The notes under the pieces are model-generated. The model made no database searches. It worked only from the letters and a program-made list of their open reading frames with translations, and was not told the DNA's origin. Below, piece by piece: positions 52,983 through 62,511 of a stretch of 64,000 nucleotides of DNA (position 1 is its first letter; the number at the start of each line of letters is the position of its first letter). This DNA is from an uncultured Phascolarctobacterium sp. (GTDB taxonomy: Bacteria; Bacillota; Negativicutes; Acidaminococcales; Acidaminococcaceae). The stretch lies in assembly GCA_947589605.1 (NCBI GenBank), contig CANQBR010000002.1:7361-71360 (forward strand). The letters are read 5' to 3'. A program made the position numbers and the translations under genes.

Positions 52983-53981
52983 GTGTTCAAGGTAAAACGT
53001 ATGCTCTCTCTAATGCTCGCAGCTCTCATGGCCGGGCTGTTTTTTGCCGCAGCCGCTCTGGCGGCCCCCAATTTTTACGGCTCCGTCGCCTATAAAAATT
53101 TAAAAGGCCCGGCCAAGGCCGCCTATATAGAAGAAAAAACGGCAGCCATATTTCGAGCCGGAGCCTACGGACCTCAGCCTCCCTACACGGTGTGCGACGG
53201 ATGGACCCGAGAGCTGGCAACTTTTGACGGCGTGCCAGTGGAAAAATATAAGCCCCTCAAGAAGGGCAAGGACCGAGTGGTGTTCTTCTGCCACGGCGGC
53301 GGCTATGTGTTGGGCCTGACCAATTCTTACCGAGACTGGGGCATCAACCACGCCGTTTTGGCCGGCAACGCCCTTCTTTACACCTTCGATTACCGCCTTG
53401 CCCCTAGATATAAATATCCCGCTGCTTTGGAAGATGCGGTGAAGGTTTACAAGGGGATGCTGCAAGAAGGCGTCGACCCCGAAAAAGTGATCATGATCGG
53501 CGATTCTGCCGGCGGCAATTTGGCCATGGCCCTGGCCATGTACCTTAGGGACAACAAACTTCCTCTGCCGAAAGTGCTGATCCTCATCTCCCCCTGGCTG
53601 GACCTAGGGACGACCCTACCCAGCCGCAAACTGGCTCTCGATTCGGACAAGATCTTGGGCAACATCAATAAAAGGATGGTGGGACAGGTGACGCAAGAAG
53701 CCGCTTATGCCAAAGGCTGCGATCTCTTCGACCCCTACGTGTCGCCTTTATACGGAAGTTTTGAAGGCCTGCCCGAGATGCTCTTGACCGCAGGCAGCGA
53801 CGAATTGCTGCTGGATGACACACTGTTGGCAAGCGAGCGGGCCGAATTGGCCGGTGCCCACGTGCAGCGCACCGTTTATGCGGGGATGTCTCACGATTGG
53901 ACCCTCACCCTTCCCGAATTGCCGGACACCAAAGCCATGTTCAAAGAGATCAAAAAGTTCATAAATAAAAAGATGGACTGA
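52983..53981 (+). CDS. alpha/beta hydrolase, HSL/family-IV esterase-lipase type
   Basis: Signal peptide, oxyanion HGGGY ([11 protein letters not shown]) and nucleophile elbow [12 protein letters not shown] start with AAGGAGG 7 nt upstream. Confidence 0.85.
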   Translation: MFKVKRMLSLMLAALMAGLFFAAAALAAPNFYGSVAYKNLKGPAKAAYIEEKTAAIFRAGAYGPQPPYTVCDGWTRELATFDGVPVEKYKPLKKGKDRVVFFCHGGGYVLGLTNSYRDWGINHAVLAGNALLYTFDYRLAPRYKYPAALEDAVKVYKGMLQEGVDPEKVIMIGDSAGGNLAMALAMYLRDNKLPLPKVLILISPWLDLGTTLPSRKLALDSDKILGNINKRMVGQVTQEAAYAKGCDLFDPYVSPLYGSFEGLPEMLLTAGSDELLLDDTLLASERAELAGAHVQRTVYAGMSHDWTLTLPELPDTKAMFKEIKKFINKKMD

Positions 53982-54249
53982 AAAAGAAAAGCAAAAAAAT
54001 TTTTCAAGCAGGCAAAAGGCGGAGCGGTCGGACAAGATCGCTTTGCCTTTTAAATTTTTCTTGCGCCCCGCGGCCCTGCGTGGTAAAATAAATGAGCACG
54101 TTTTTGAGAACGTGTGCATTTCGCACGCAGGCAAATACTGTTTACCCAAAGCTTTTGCCGGCTCACTCGGCACCGGCGGCCAAGGACCGAAAGAAGAGAG
54201 CAAGAGGAGAGGGCAGGTGGCCTGCGGAAGTAAAAACAGGAGGCTGAAT

Positions 54250-55002
54250 ATGGCAATCATCTCAATGAAACAATTGTTGGAGGCCGGTGTCCACTTCGGT
54301 CACCAGACTCGCCGCTGGAACCCCAAGATGGCCAAGTACATCTTCACCGAACGCAACGGTATCTACATCATCGATCTGCAGAAGACCGTGCGCAAGGTAG
54401 AAGAAGCCTACAATTTCGTAAAAGACGTCGTAGCCGCCGGCGATACCGTCCTTTTCGTAGGCACCAAGAAACAGGCTCAGGAAGCCATGCGGGAAGAGGC
54501 CACCCGCTGCAACATGCTCTATGTGAACGAGCGCTGGCTGGGCGGCATGCTCACCAACTTCAAGACCATCCAGACCCGTATCGCCCGGCTGCGCAAGCTG
54601 GAAGCTATGGAAGCCGACGGCACCTTCGACTTGCTGCCCAAGAAGGAAGTTATCCTGTTGCGGCACGAGATGGGCCGCCTCACCAAATATCTGGGCGGCA
54701 TCAAAGAAATGAAGAAACTGCCCGGCGCTCTTTTCATCGTGGATCCCCGCAAGGAACACATCGCCGTGCTGGAAGCTCGCAAGCTGAACATCCCCATCAT
54801 CGCCACCGTGGATACCAACTGCGATCCCGATGAGATCGACTATGTGATCCCCGCCAACGACGACGCTATCAGGGCCGTGAAACTGCTGACCGCCAAGATG
54901 GCCGACGCCGTGCTGGAAGGCCGTCAGGGCGTTCAGACCGAAGAAGAGGCCGCCGAGGCGGAGGAAGCTGCAGACGCAGAAGCCGCTCCGGCAGCTGAAT
55001 AG
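54250..55002 (+). CDS. rpsB: 30S ribosomal protein S2
   Basis: [27 protein letters not shown]... RBS AGGAGG. The track N-terminal 69 codons are discarded. Confidence 0.95.
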   Translation: MAIISMKQLLEAGVHFGHQTRRWNPKMAKYIFTERNGIYIIDLQKTVRKVEEAYNFVKDVVAAGDTVLFVGTKKQAQEAMREEATRCNMLYVNERWLGGMLTNFKTIQTRIARLRKLEAMEADGTFDLLPKKEVILLRHEMGRLTKYLGGIKEMKKLPGALFIVDPRKEHIAVLEARKLNIPIIATVDTNCDPDEIDYVIPANDDAIRAVKLLTAKMADAVLEGRQGVQTEEEAAEAEEAADAEAAPAAE

Positions 55003-55014
55003 GAGGGAGAGCAT

Positions 55015-55893
55015 ATGGCTATTACCGCCGCTTTAGTAAAAGAATTGAGAGAACGCACCGGCGCCGGTATGATGGACTGCAAGAAGGCCCTTACCGCCAC
55101 CGACGGAGATATGGATAAAGCCGTAGACTTTTTACGGGAAAAAGGCTTGGCCGCAGCTGCCAAGAAAGCCAGCCGCATCGCCGCCGAAGGCGCCGTGGCC
55201 AGTTTCGTGAGCCCCGACGGCAAAGTAGGCGTCATCGTAGAAGTCAACTGTGAGACCGACTTCGTAGCCAAGACTCCCGGCTTCCAAGACATGGCCAAAG
55301 CCATCGCCAAACAGATCGCCGTGACCGCACCCGCCGATGTAGCCGCTTTGCTGGCCTCCGAGATGGACGGGCAGACCGTCAGCGAAGTAGTGACCGCTGC
55401 CATCGCCAAGATCGGCGAGAACATGGCAGTACGTCGCTTTGCTCGTTTAGAAGCTGCCGAAGACGGCTTGGTAGCCGCTTACATCCACATGGGCGGCAAG
55501 ATCGGCACCTTGGTCAACTTGGTGGGAGGCTCCGCCGAGCTGGGCAAAGATCTTGCTATGCAGGTGGCCGCAGCCAATCCTCAATATCTGACCAGAGAGC
55601 AGGTGCCCGCCGATGTGCTGGAGCACGAGAAGGCGGTGCAGAGAGAAAAGGCCCGCAACGAGGGCAAGCCGGACAAGATCATCGAGAAGATGGTGATGGG
55701 CCGCATCCAAAAATTCTACAAGGACGTATGCCTGGTAGATCAGGAATTCGTCAAAGACCCGGATCTCAGCGTGGCCGCTCTGCTGAAACAGAAGGCCGCC
55801 AAGGTCAGCGACTTTGCCCGCTTCCAGCTGGGCGAAGGCATCGAAAAGAAGAAAGAAGACTTTGCCGCCGAGGTCATGAGCCAGATCAAATAA
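55015..55893 (+). CDS. tsf: translation elongation factor Ts
   Basis: [26 protein letters not shown]... Confidence 0.95.
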   Translation: MAITAALVKELRERTGAGMMDCKKALTATDGDMDKAVDFLREKGLAAAAKKASRIAAEGAVASFVSPDGKVGVIVEVNCETDFVAKTPGFQDMAKAIAKQIAVTAPADVAALLASEMDGQTVSEVVTAAIAKIGENMAVRRFARLEAAEDGLVAAYIHMGGKIGTLVNLVGGSAELGKDLAMQVAAANPQYLTREQVPADVLEHEKAVQREKARNEGKPDKIIEKMVMGRIQKFYKDVCLVDQEFVKDPDLSVAALLKQKAAKVSDFARFQLGEGIEKKKEDFAAEVMSQIK

Positions 55894-55907
55894 GCAGTGC
55901 GTAACGG

Positions 55908-55942
55908 CAGCCACAGAGCTTAGGCTCTGTGGCTGTTTTTTT
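55908..55942 (+). terminator. rho-independent terminator after tsf
   Basis: CAGCCACAGAGC-ttag-GCTCTGTGGCTG followed by TTTTTTT. Confidence 0.9.
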
Positions 55943-56005
55943 AGAGAGAGCCGGGAAGAAAAGCTAAAGACGAGCAGGCGGCAGCCCGGGGAAAGAGGGC
56001 CTGAG

Positions 56006-56581
56006 ATGGGTAAATTGATCTTGGTGACAGGAGGAGTTCGCAGCGGCAAGAGCGCTTTTGCGGAAAGATATTGTTTGCGGGCCGCAAAAAACTGCGCCTA
56101 CATCGCCACGGCCGAGATAACCGACGAAGAGATGGCAGAAAGGGTGCGGCTGCATAGAGCACGGCGGCGGAACGGCCGCTGGTCGAATTTTGAGGCTCCT
56201 TATGAAGCGGAAAAAATTTTTCAAGAGCTGCCGCATGAGGTGGGGGCAGTGCTCTTTGACTGCATCACCGTCTATCTGGCCAATGCCATGTACGGGCGTA
56301 CGACTAAAGAAGATACCATAGCCAGAGGCTTGGCAGCCGTCAAAAAATTGGCTGCCGCAGCTCTTGAGTGGGACGGCCTCACCGTGTTCGTCAGCGATGA
56401 AGTGGGCTGCGGCGTGGTGCCTCCCACGCCCGTGGGGAGAGAATATCGAGATGCTTCCGGCTGGGCCAATCAGCATTTGGCGGCGTTGGCCGCAGAAGTT
56501 TATCAATGCACGGCGGGCCTGGCCGTAGAGATAAAAGGAGGGGCTCATCCCCTCAGTCCCGCAAAAACCGTCAAGGAGTAA
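56006..56581 (+). CDS. cobU: adenosylcobinamide kinase / adenosylcobinamide-phosphate guanylyltransferase
   Basis: MGKLILVTGGVRSGKSAFAE P-loop. 191 aa. Cob-gene context. Confidence 0.88.
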   Translation: MGKLILVTGGVRSGKSAFAERYCLRAAKNCAYIATAEITDEEMAERVRLHRARRRNGRWSNFEAPYEAEKIFQELPHEVGAVLFDCITVYLANAMYGRTTKEDTIARGLAAVKKLAAAALEWDGLTVFVSDEVGCGVVPPTPVGREYRDASGWANQHLAALAAEVYQCTAGLAVEIKGGAHPLSPAKTVKE

Positions 56582-56584
56582 AGG

Positions 56585-57637
56585 ATGCAAGCTATCACGA
56601 TACCGCCTCTTGATCTGGAGGCAGGGAAAAAAGTGGCCCGCAGTTTGGGCGCTTTGGAAGAATTTACCGGAGAACTGGGCCTCTTGCCGGTGCTGGCCGG
56701 CCAATATGCCGCCATGCGGGGCCTCGATACCTCAGCTTTGCAAAAAGCCGACGAAGCATGGAGCAAATTACGGCCGGCACTGATCCTGATGTGCGGCGAC
56801 CACGGCATCACCAAGTATGGGGTCAGCGCCTTTCCTCAGGAAGTGACTCTGCAGATGATCAACGGGTACATGCGGCAAACAGCTGGGGCCAGCGTGCTGG
56901 CCCGCCACGCCGGGGCCGATGTTTATGTGTGCGACGTAGGCACTGCCTTCGATCTGTCGGAGCAAAAAGGCGTCTATCACAGAAAGGTGGCCTGGGGCAC
57001 GGAAGACTTCACTTCGGGCCCGGCCATGAGCAAAGAACAGGCAGAGGCTGCTTTGCAGGCGGGCATGGAAATGGCCGACATCGCCATAGAGGCCGGACAT
57101 AATTTGCTTTACACAGGCGAGATGGGCATAGGCAACACCACTTCCACCGCCGCCATCGCCGCCGCTTATCTGGGGCTGGACCCGGTGCTCACCGTAGGAC
57201 GGGGCAGCGGCATCAACGATGCCCGCCTCAAAGTGAAACGGCAAGTGGTGGCCAAGGGGCTGGCGGTGAATAAGCCCAAAGTTCACGATGCCATGGATGT
57301 GCTGTGCAAGGTGGGCGGTTACGATCACGCCGGCTTGGCCGGCGCCATCATCGGCGGGGCCCGCCGCCGCATCCCCACGGTGGTGGACGGCTGCAACGCC
57401 ACCGCCGCCGCTCTCATCGCAGTGGGGCTTTGTCCCGGCTGCCGAAATTATCTTTTCTGCAGCCACAAGAGCAGCGATCTTTCTCAAAATAAAATGTTGG
57501 AAGAATTGCAACTGCAGCCCATCGTAGATGCGGGCCTGCGGCTGGGAGAGGGAACAGGAGCTTCTTTGGCCATCCCCGTGTTGCAGGCGGCGCTGGACCT
57601 TTACACCGAAGCAGGCAGGTGCGCCGATGCTGAATGA
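56585..57637 (+). CDS. cobT: nicotinate-nucleotide--dimethylbenzimidazole phosphoribosyltransferase family (CobT/ArsA-like)
   Basis: CGDHGITKYGVSAFPQEVTLQMI, GEMGIGNTTSTAAIAAA, RLGEGTGASLA (catalytic Glu present). Confidence 0.88.
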   Translation: MQAITIPPLDLEAGKKVARSLGALEEFTGELGLLPVLAGQYAAMRGLDTSALQKADEAWSKLRPALILMCGDHGITKYGVSAFPQEVTLQMINGYMRQTAGASVLARHAGADVYVCDVGTAFDLSEQKGVYHRKVAWGTEDFTSGPAMSKEQAEAALQAGMEMADIAIEAGHNLLYTGEMGIGNTTSTAAIAAAYLGLDPVLTVGRGSGINDARLKVKRQVVAKGLAVNKPKVHDAMDVLCKVGGYDHAGLAGAIIGGARRRIPTVVDGCNATAAALIAVGLCPGCRNYLFCSHKSSDLSQNKMLEELQLQPIVDAGLRLGEGTGASLAIPVLQAALDLYTEAGRCADAE

Positions 57638-58385
57638 TCTTCTTACCTGCATAGAATTTTTGACGAGATGGAAGCCGGCGGCTAGGACGTCTTGGCGGGA
57701 CGACGCCTTTGCCCGCAGCGTGCCTTGGTTCCCTGCGGTGGGCCTTTTGGTGGGCTCGGCCATGGGGGCAGGCGCTTATCTTTTGTTTTGCCTCAACGTG
57801 CCCTATCTGTTGCGGGCCGCTTTGTTGATCTTGTGGGAGTTGCTTTTGCTAGGCTCGCTGATGTATGACGGCTTCATGGACAGCTGCGACGGTCTGTTCA
57901 GCGCCCGCGACAGAGAGCGGATGCTGGAGATCATGAAGGACAGCCACGTGGGGGCCAATGCGGTCATCGGTCTTTGCTCCCTCGTGCTGGTGAAATTTGC
58001 CGCTTTGGCAAGTTTGCGGCCCGATGTGCTGCCCCTTGCTCTGTTAGTGCTTTATGTGGCAAGATGCACCCACATGGTGCTCTACATCGTAAAATTTCCC
58101 TGCGCCCGGCCCGACGGCATCGCTCGTCTCTTCGCCAACGGCGCCAAGTCGTCCTACGTTACGGCAGCCCTGCTCTTTTATGCTGCGGTGCTGCTGCTAA
58201 GTTTCGGTGTGAACCCCGCCTATGCGTTGGCGGCACTGGCGAGCCTCGTCTGCAGTTTGCTCGCGGCCTGCTATGTGAAGCAACAACTGGGGGGCCTCAC
58301 CGGCGACACCTACGGTTTCCTCACGGAGATCGGCACTCTGGCCTATTTGCTGGCTTTGCCGATCTTGGGAAGAATGTTGTTTTAA
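57627..58385 (+). CDS. cobS: adenosylcobinamide-GDP ribazoletransferase (cobalamin synthase)
   Basis: MLNDLLTCIEFLTR..., YDGFMDSCDG. Polytopic membrane protein. Start ATG 57627 overlaps the cobT stop. Confidence 0.88.
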   Translation: MLNDLLTCIEFLTRWKPAARTSWRDDAFARSVPWFPAVGLLVGSAMGAGAYLLFCLNVPYLLRAALLILWELLLLGSLMYDGFMDSCDGLFSARDRERMLEIMKDSHVGANAVIGLCSLVLVKFAALASLRPDVLPLALLVLYVARCTHMVLYIVKFPCARPDGIARLFANGAKSSYVTAALLFYAAVLLLSFGVNPAYALAALASLVCSLLAACYVKQQLGGLTGDTYGFLTEIGTLAYLLALPILGRMLF

Positions 58386-58394
58386 GGAGCCCAC

Positions 58395-59195
58395 ATGCAT
58401 ATAGAAGAAATAATCCAAAGTATAGTACCTCCTTCGGCCGAATGCCGCAGGCTGGCGCAAAAACGTTTCGACGAATTGATCAAACCGGTAGGCTCGCTGG
58501 CTCTTTTGGAAGTGAACACCAGCCGCTATTGCGGAATTTTGGGAGAGACTGACAAAAATAAATTGGACTATCCTCGGGCCGCTCTTTTCGTTTTCGCCGA
58601 TGCCGGCCACATGAAAAGAACAGAGCGCTTGCTCACCGGCCGCGACCCCCTCAACGTGCTGGCCAAAACGGCGGGGCTCCAGGTGCAGCCGCTGCTGGTG
58701 ACCTGCACCGCTGCGGCCGATGCTTTGAACGAAGGGGTGGCTCTGGTACAGGAAGTGGCGGCAGAGGAAGGGCTGGGCCTTTTGGCCTTGGGTTGTTTGG
58801 CTCCGCCTTCAAATGCAGCGGTCCACAGCGCCATGGTAGGGGCAATATTGGCGGCGGCCGGCCGCAAATTGCCGATCATTTTGGACGGCGTGGCTGCTCT
58901 TGAGGCAGCCCGAGGAGCGGCGGCGCTGGCGCCGGCGGCCTTGGACTATTGTTTTGCCGCCCAAGTGAGCGGAGAAGAAGGCTGCGAAGAACTTTTGCAA
59001 AAATTGGGGCTCGTCCCGCCGTTAAGGCTGGGGATCAGCGGGGGCACGGGCTGCGGCGCGGCCTTAGCCGTCACCGTCTTCAACGCCGGCATCAAGGTTT
59101 ATAAAGAAATGGAAACTTTCGAAGAGGCCGGGGTGCACGTAGAAGTGAAAGAATATTCTCATGCGGAGCAGCAAAAACGGCAGCGGGAAGTTTAG
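58395..59195 (+). CDS. short, degenerate CobT-family paralog (possible non-catalytic ArsB-like partner)
   Basis: The N-terminus keeps the LxKPxGSLxxLE-like block (LIKPVGSLALLEV). The GIGNTT motif is absent, and the LGEGTG motif is replaced by ISGGTGCG. 266 aa versus 350. Confidence 0.65.
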   Translation: MHIEEIIQSIVPPSAECRRLAQKRFDELIKPVGSLALLEVNTSRYCGILGETDKNKLDYPRAALFVFADAGHMKRTERLLTGRDPLNVLAKTAGLQVQPLLVTCTAAADALNEGVALVQEVAAEEGLGLLALGCLAPPSNAAVHSAMVGAILAAAGRKLPIILDGVAALEAARGAAALAPAALDYCFAAQVSGEEGCEELLQKLGLVPPLRLGISGGTGCGAALAVTVFNAGIKVYKEMETFEEAGVHVEVKEYSHAEQQKRQREV

Positions 59196-59204
59196 GAGGA
59201 GAAG

Positions 59205-59915
59205 ATGGGAAAGCTTTATCTTATCCGTCACGGCCAGACCGATTCCAACAGCGGCAAGCAGCTACAGGGCCGCATCGACTATCCTCTCAACGCCGAAGGC
59301 TTGCGGCAGGCTCGGGCCATGACCGCTTATATGAGCTCGGTGAAGTTGGATGCCATCTATTGCAGCAGCATGCTGAGGGCCAGGATGACGGCGGCGCCTT
59401 TGGCTTTGTCTCATAATTTGCCTTATCGATGCACCGAACTGTTGCAGGAGATGAGCTTCGGTGAGTGGGAGGGCCTGCCTCTGGATGAGATAGGCCGGCG
59501 CTGGCCCCGCGAGATGGAACTGTTCCTCACCAGACCGGGGGAGTGGCAGCCGCCGGGAGGTGAAACTTTCGCCGAGGCCGTAGAGCGGAGCAAAAAAGCG
59601 CTGGCCTATATCTTTTCTCAAGAAGGTCACGATAAAGATATCGCCGTAGTCAGCCACGGCGGCCTTATAAGATGTTTGCTCTGCGTTTTTTTGGGCCTGC
59701 CTTTGAATAATTTTTGGAAATTGTGCGTCCACAACGTCAGTGTCAGCGTCATTAGGGAATGGGACGGCAACTTTATGGCGGAGAACATCAACGTCCGCAA
59801 TTTTTTGCGCGAAGACAAGGCTCTTGCAGGCAGTTCTCCTTTTAAAACTCCTGCGGCCGCCGGACCGTCTTTCGGCAAAGACGAAGCTGCCGAAGGAGGG
59901 GCCGGGATACTGTGA
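59205..59915 (+). CDS. cobC: alpha-ribazole phosphatase (histidine phosphatase family) with a ~40-aa C-terminal tail
   Basis: LYLIRHGQTDSN and VVSHGG. Cob-operon context. Confidence 0.8.
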   Translation: MGKLYLIRHGQTDSNSGKQLQGRIDYPLNAEGLRQARAMTAYMSSVKLDAIYCSSMLRARMTAAPLALSHNLPYRCTELLQEMSFGEWEGLPLDEIGRRWPREMELFLTRPGEWQPPGGETFAEAVERSKKALAYIFSQEGHDKDIAVVSHGGLIRCLLCVFLGLPLNNFWKLCVHNVSVSVIREWDGNFMAENINVRNFLREDKALAGSSPFKTPAAAGPSFGKDEAAEGGAGIL

Positions 59916-59967
59916 GCGGCGATTAAAATTTTGCCTGTAAGATAGGCGGGGGCAGGCTCTTTACCCG

Positions 59968-59996
59968 TTGACTTTTTAAAAACCTGCCATTATACT
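59968..59996 (+). promoter_or_regulatory. sigma70-like promoter with a long AT-rich leader
   Basis: TTGACT - 17 nt - TATACT, ~145 nt upstream of GTG 60141. Confidence 0.55.
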
Positions 59997-60140
59997 ATTA
60001 CGTAGGTATCTCACGTAGCCAGCTTAGGTTCCTAACTTCACTGTCTTTCTATTATTTTTACATAGACGACTGGAGAAGCAAGTAACATCTAGAGGTGCTC
60101 CTTGGGGTATGTCAGCTATGTAAAAGGAGAGGAAGAAAAA

Positions 60141-60431
60141 GTGAAAGAAGACAAAGTTTTGACTTGCTGCGAATGCCACAACGAATTCGTGTTCACCGCA
60201 TCCGAGCAGGAGTTCTACGAAGAGAAAGGCTTTACCAACGAGCCTCGCCGCTGCCCCAGCTGCCGTCAGGCCCGCAAGCAGCGTTTGGGCATCAACACCG
60301 AGCGTTCTCAGCGGGAACTGTTCCCCGCCGTGTGCGCCGAGTGCGGCAAGGAGACCATGGTCCCCTTCCGTCCTTCCGACGACAGGCCGGTCTATTGCCG
60401 GGACTGCTTCAACGCCCGCCGCGGCCGTTAA
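60141..60431 (+). CDS. tandem zinc-ribbon protein (zf-trcl-like, 2 x CxxC...CxxC)
   Basis: CCECHNEFVFTASEQEFYEEKGFTNEPRRCPSCRQARK, then CAECGKETMVPFRPSDDRPVYCRDCF. GTG start with GGAGAGGAAG upstream. Confidence 0.75.
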   Translation: MKEDKVLTCCECHNEFVFTASEQEFYEEKGFTNEPRRCPSCRQARKQRLGINTERSQRELFPAVCAECGKETMVPFRPSDDRPVYCRDCFNARRGR

Positions 60432-60455
60432 GCTCGATAACATTTACGCTCATTC

Positions 60456-60486
60456 AGGCACAGCGAAAGCTGTGCCTTTTGCTTTT
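60456..60486 (+). terminator. rho-independent terminator
   Basis: AGGCACAGC-gaaa-GCTGTGCCT followed by TTTTGCTTTT. Confidence 0.8.
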
Positions 60487-60642
60487 CCTGTCCGTCTTTA
60501 GCGGAGGAGCTCATTGGGCCGTCCCTCTATTTAAAAGCCGCGATCAGCAAATTTATAACGCAAAGAAAAGAGCCGCGCTTTCTGCGGCTTTTGCTTTTAT
60601 GTTCATGCATCGAAGAGAAGAGCGCGAGTCGCCGCCGATCTT

Positions 60643-60815
60643 ATAAAAGTCGGACGCCATGATGAGGATGGAAAGAAAAAAAGTCGAGATAATTTCGCCG
60701 AGGATGCAAGCAAAAAGTCACAGTAAGCTCGCCGAGAGTAAAAAGAAAAAGATCACAGTCGTTAAGTCGAAGATGCGAAGAAAAGAGGCGAAGAAAAGGC
60801 GACGATGACGCAAAG
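60643..60815. repeat. five degenerate ~35-nt purine-rich tandem units (AAAAAGTC...CGCCGAG..T..AAG)
   Basis: aaaaaaagtcgagataatttcgccgaggatgcaagc / aaaaagtcacagtaagctcgccgagagtaaaaag / aaaaagatcacagtcgttaagtcgaagatgcgaag / aaaagaggcgaagaaaaggcgacgatgacgcaaag, read directly. Confidence 0.65.
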
Positions 60816-60990
60816 AAAAAAGGCAAAGCCTCAGTTCACGGCGGGCAATTTCGTTCGCTCATTTGCAAAGAAAGGCCCTTTGAACGGCGGAGCAAAGGGC
60901 TTTTCGCTCCCGCTATTTTGTTTGCCAAAAGAGGCAAAAGGTTGTACAATAAAATAACATCAACGACACAGTCGGGAAAGGGGCTCTTCG

Positions 60991-62382
60991 ATGAGCGCTG
61001 CCATATTTATGACCGCCACCGCGGGCTGCACCCGTCTGGCTCTTACGGAAGAGGGCCGCTTGGCGGAGTACGCGCTGGAATGGGAAGGGGAAGAACTGGT
61101 AGGGAGCATCTTCAACGCCAAAGTGGAGAGAGTGCTGCCTTCTTTGCAGGCCGCTTTTTTGGACTTAGGCCTCGCTCAAAACGGCTTTCTCTATTTGGAA
61201 AAGGGCAGCGGCATCAGCGAGGGGCAGCAGCTTTTGGTGCAGGTCACCAAAGCGCCCCGGGGCAACAAGGGCCCTGCCTGCACGAGACAGCTGAGCTTGG
61301 CCGGCAGGTATGCGGTGCTTTTGATCGGCAGCAAACATTTGGGCATTTCCAAAAAGATCGCCGACAGAGGCGAGCGGCAGCGTCTGAGCGATCTTTACGC
61401 TCCTTACATAGAAGCAGGCTACGGCTTGGTGGTGCGCACCGCCGCCTGCAGCGCCGACGAGGATCTTTTGCGGCGGGAAGCCGACGGTTTGGTGAGCGAA
61501 TATCAAACATTGCTGGCCCGCAGCCGCCTTGCGCCAAAGAGCGGCCTTTTGCGGCGGGAATTGAGCCTGCCTATGCGCATGGTGCGCGATTATAATCAAA
61601 GCACTTTGGAGCGGGTGGTGTGCGATCGGCCTGCTCTTTACGAAAGACTGCAGGAATTGGTGAAGACTTTGCCGGAAAAAGAGCGGCCTTCGTTAGAACT
61701 CTACCGGGGCCGCGAGCCTCTCTTTTCTCACGCCGGCTTGGAAGAAGAAACGGCCGGCCTCACGGCACGGCGGGTAGAGCTGCCCGAAGGCGGCTATTTG
61801 GTCATCGATCAGACCGAAGCCATGACCGTCATCGACGTGAACAGCGGCAAATTTTCCGCGGCAGCCAACATAGAGGAGACCGGTCGGCGCATCAATCTGT
61901 GGGCGGCGGCGGAAGTGGCCCGTCAGCTGCGGCTGCGGGACATCGGCGGCATCATCATCGTAGATTTCATCGATATGCGGCAACCTGCACATAAAGAAGA
62001 AGTGCTGGCCGCTTTGACTGCGGCCTTGGGCAAAGACAGGATGCACCCTAAAGTGATCGACATCACGCCTTTGAATTTGGTGGAGCTCACAAGGCGGCAG
62101 GCCCGGCCCGCTTTGCTGAACAGCCTCACCGCTCCCTGCCCGGTGTGCGGCGGCAGCGGCAGGATAACTAGTTTAACGGAATTGGCGGAACAAGTGAAAG
62201 AAAGGCTGGGTGCTCAGCAAAAAAGCGGCGGCAAAAGAGAATTGGAGCTGGTGTGCCATCCCTATTTGGCCGAGCAGCTGCGCAAAGAACTGAAGGCCAT
62301 GGAGCGGCAGTTCCACTGCTCGCTGCTTTTAAGGCAGGACGCCGGCCTCCACCTTGCGGCCTTCATGCTTTTGGAAAGATAG
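60991..62382 (+). CDS. rng: ribonuclease E/G family protein (RNase G-like, no C-terminal scaffold)
   Basis: S1 domain (VGSIFNAKVERVLPSLQAAFLDLG), catalytic block VIDVNSGKF...IGGIIIVDFIDM, and Zn-link CPVCGGSG. Confidence 0.85.
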   Translation: MSAAIFMTATAGCTRLALTEEGRLAEYALEWEGEELVGSIFNAKVERVLPSLQAAFLDLGLAQNGFLYLEKGSGISEGQQLLVQVTKAPRGNKGPACTRQLSLAGRYAVLLIGSKHLGISKKIADRGERQRLSDLYAPYIEAGYGLVVRTAACSADEDLLRREADGLVSEYQTLLARSRLAPKSGLLRRELSLPMRMVRDYNQSTLERVVCDRPALYERLQELVKTLPEKERPSLELYRGREPLFSHAGLEEETAGLTARRVELPEGGYLVIDQTEAMTVIDVNSGKFSAAANIEETGRRINLWAAAEVARQLRLRDIGGIIIVDFIDMRQPAHKEEVLAALTAALGKDRMHPKVIDITPLNLVELTRRQARPALLNSLTAPCPVCGGSGRITSLTELAEQVKERLGAQQKSGGKRELELVCHPYLAEQLRKELKAMERQFHCSLLLRQDAGLHLAAFMLLER

Positions 62383-62409
62383 GAGGGGGCCGACGGCCGG
62401 GCCCCGCTC

Positions 62410-62438
62410 TTGTGCAGCACCTGCTTTTACGCTATAAT
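62410..62438 (+). promoter_or_regulatory. sigma70-like promoter
   Basis: TTGTGC - 17 nt - TATAAT, ~70 nt upstream of ATG 62512. Confidence 0.5.
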
Positions 62439-62511
62439 GTAAAAATGAAAACTTCCCGCTTTTTGCCTTGAAGGTCTGCTTTTTTGCGCAAGGAGCGGGG
62501 GAAGGAAGAAT

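Noticed and set aside
54043-54249. A long N-terminal extension of rpsB in the track ORF.
   Set aside because: The S2 consensus N-terminus [19 protein letters not shown] begins at ATG 54250, directly after AGGAGG. The upstream part is leader sequence.
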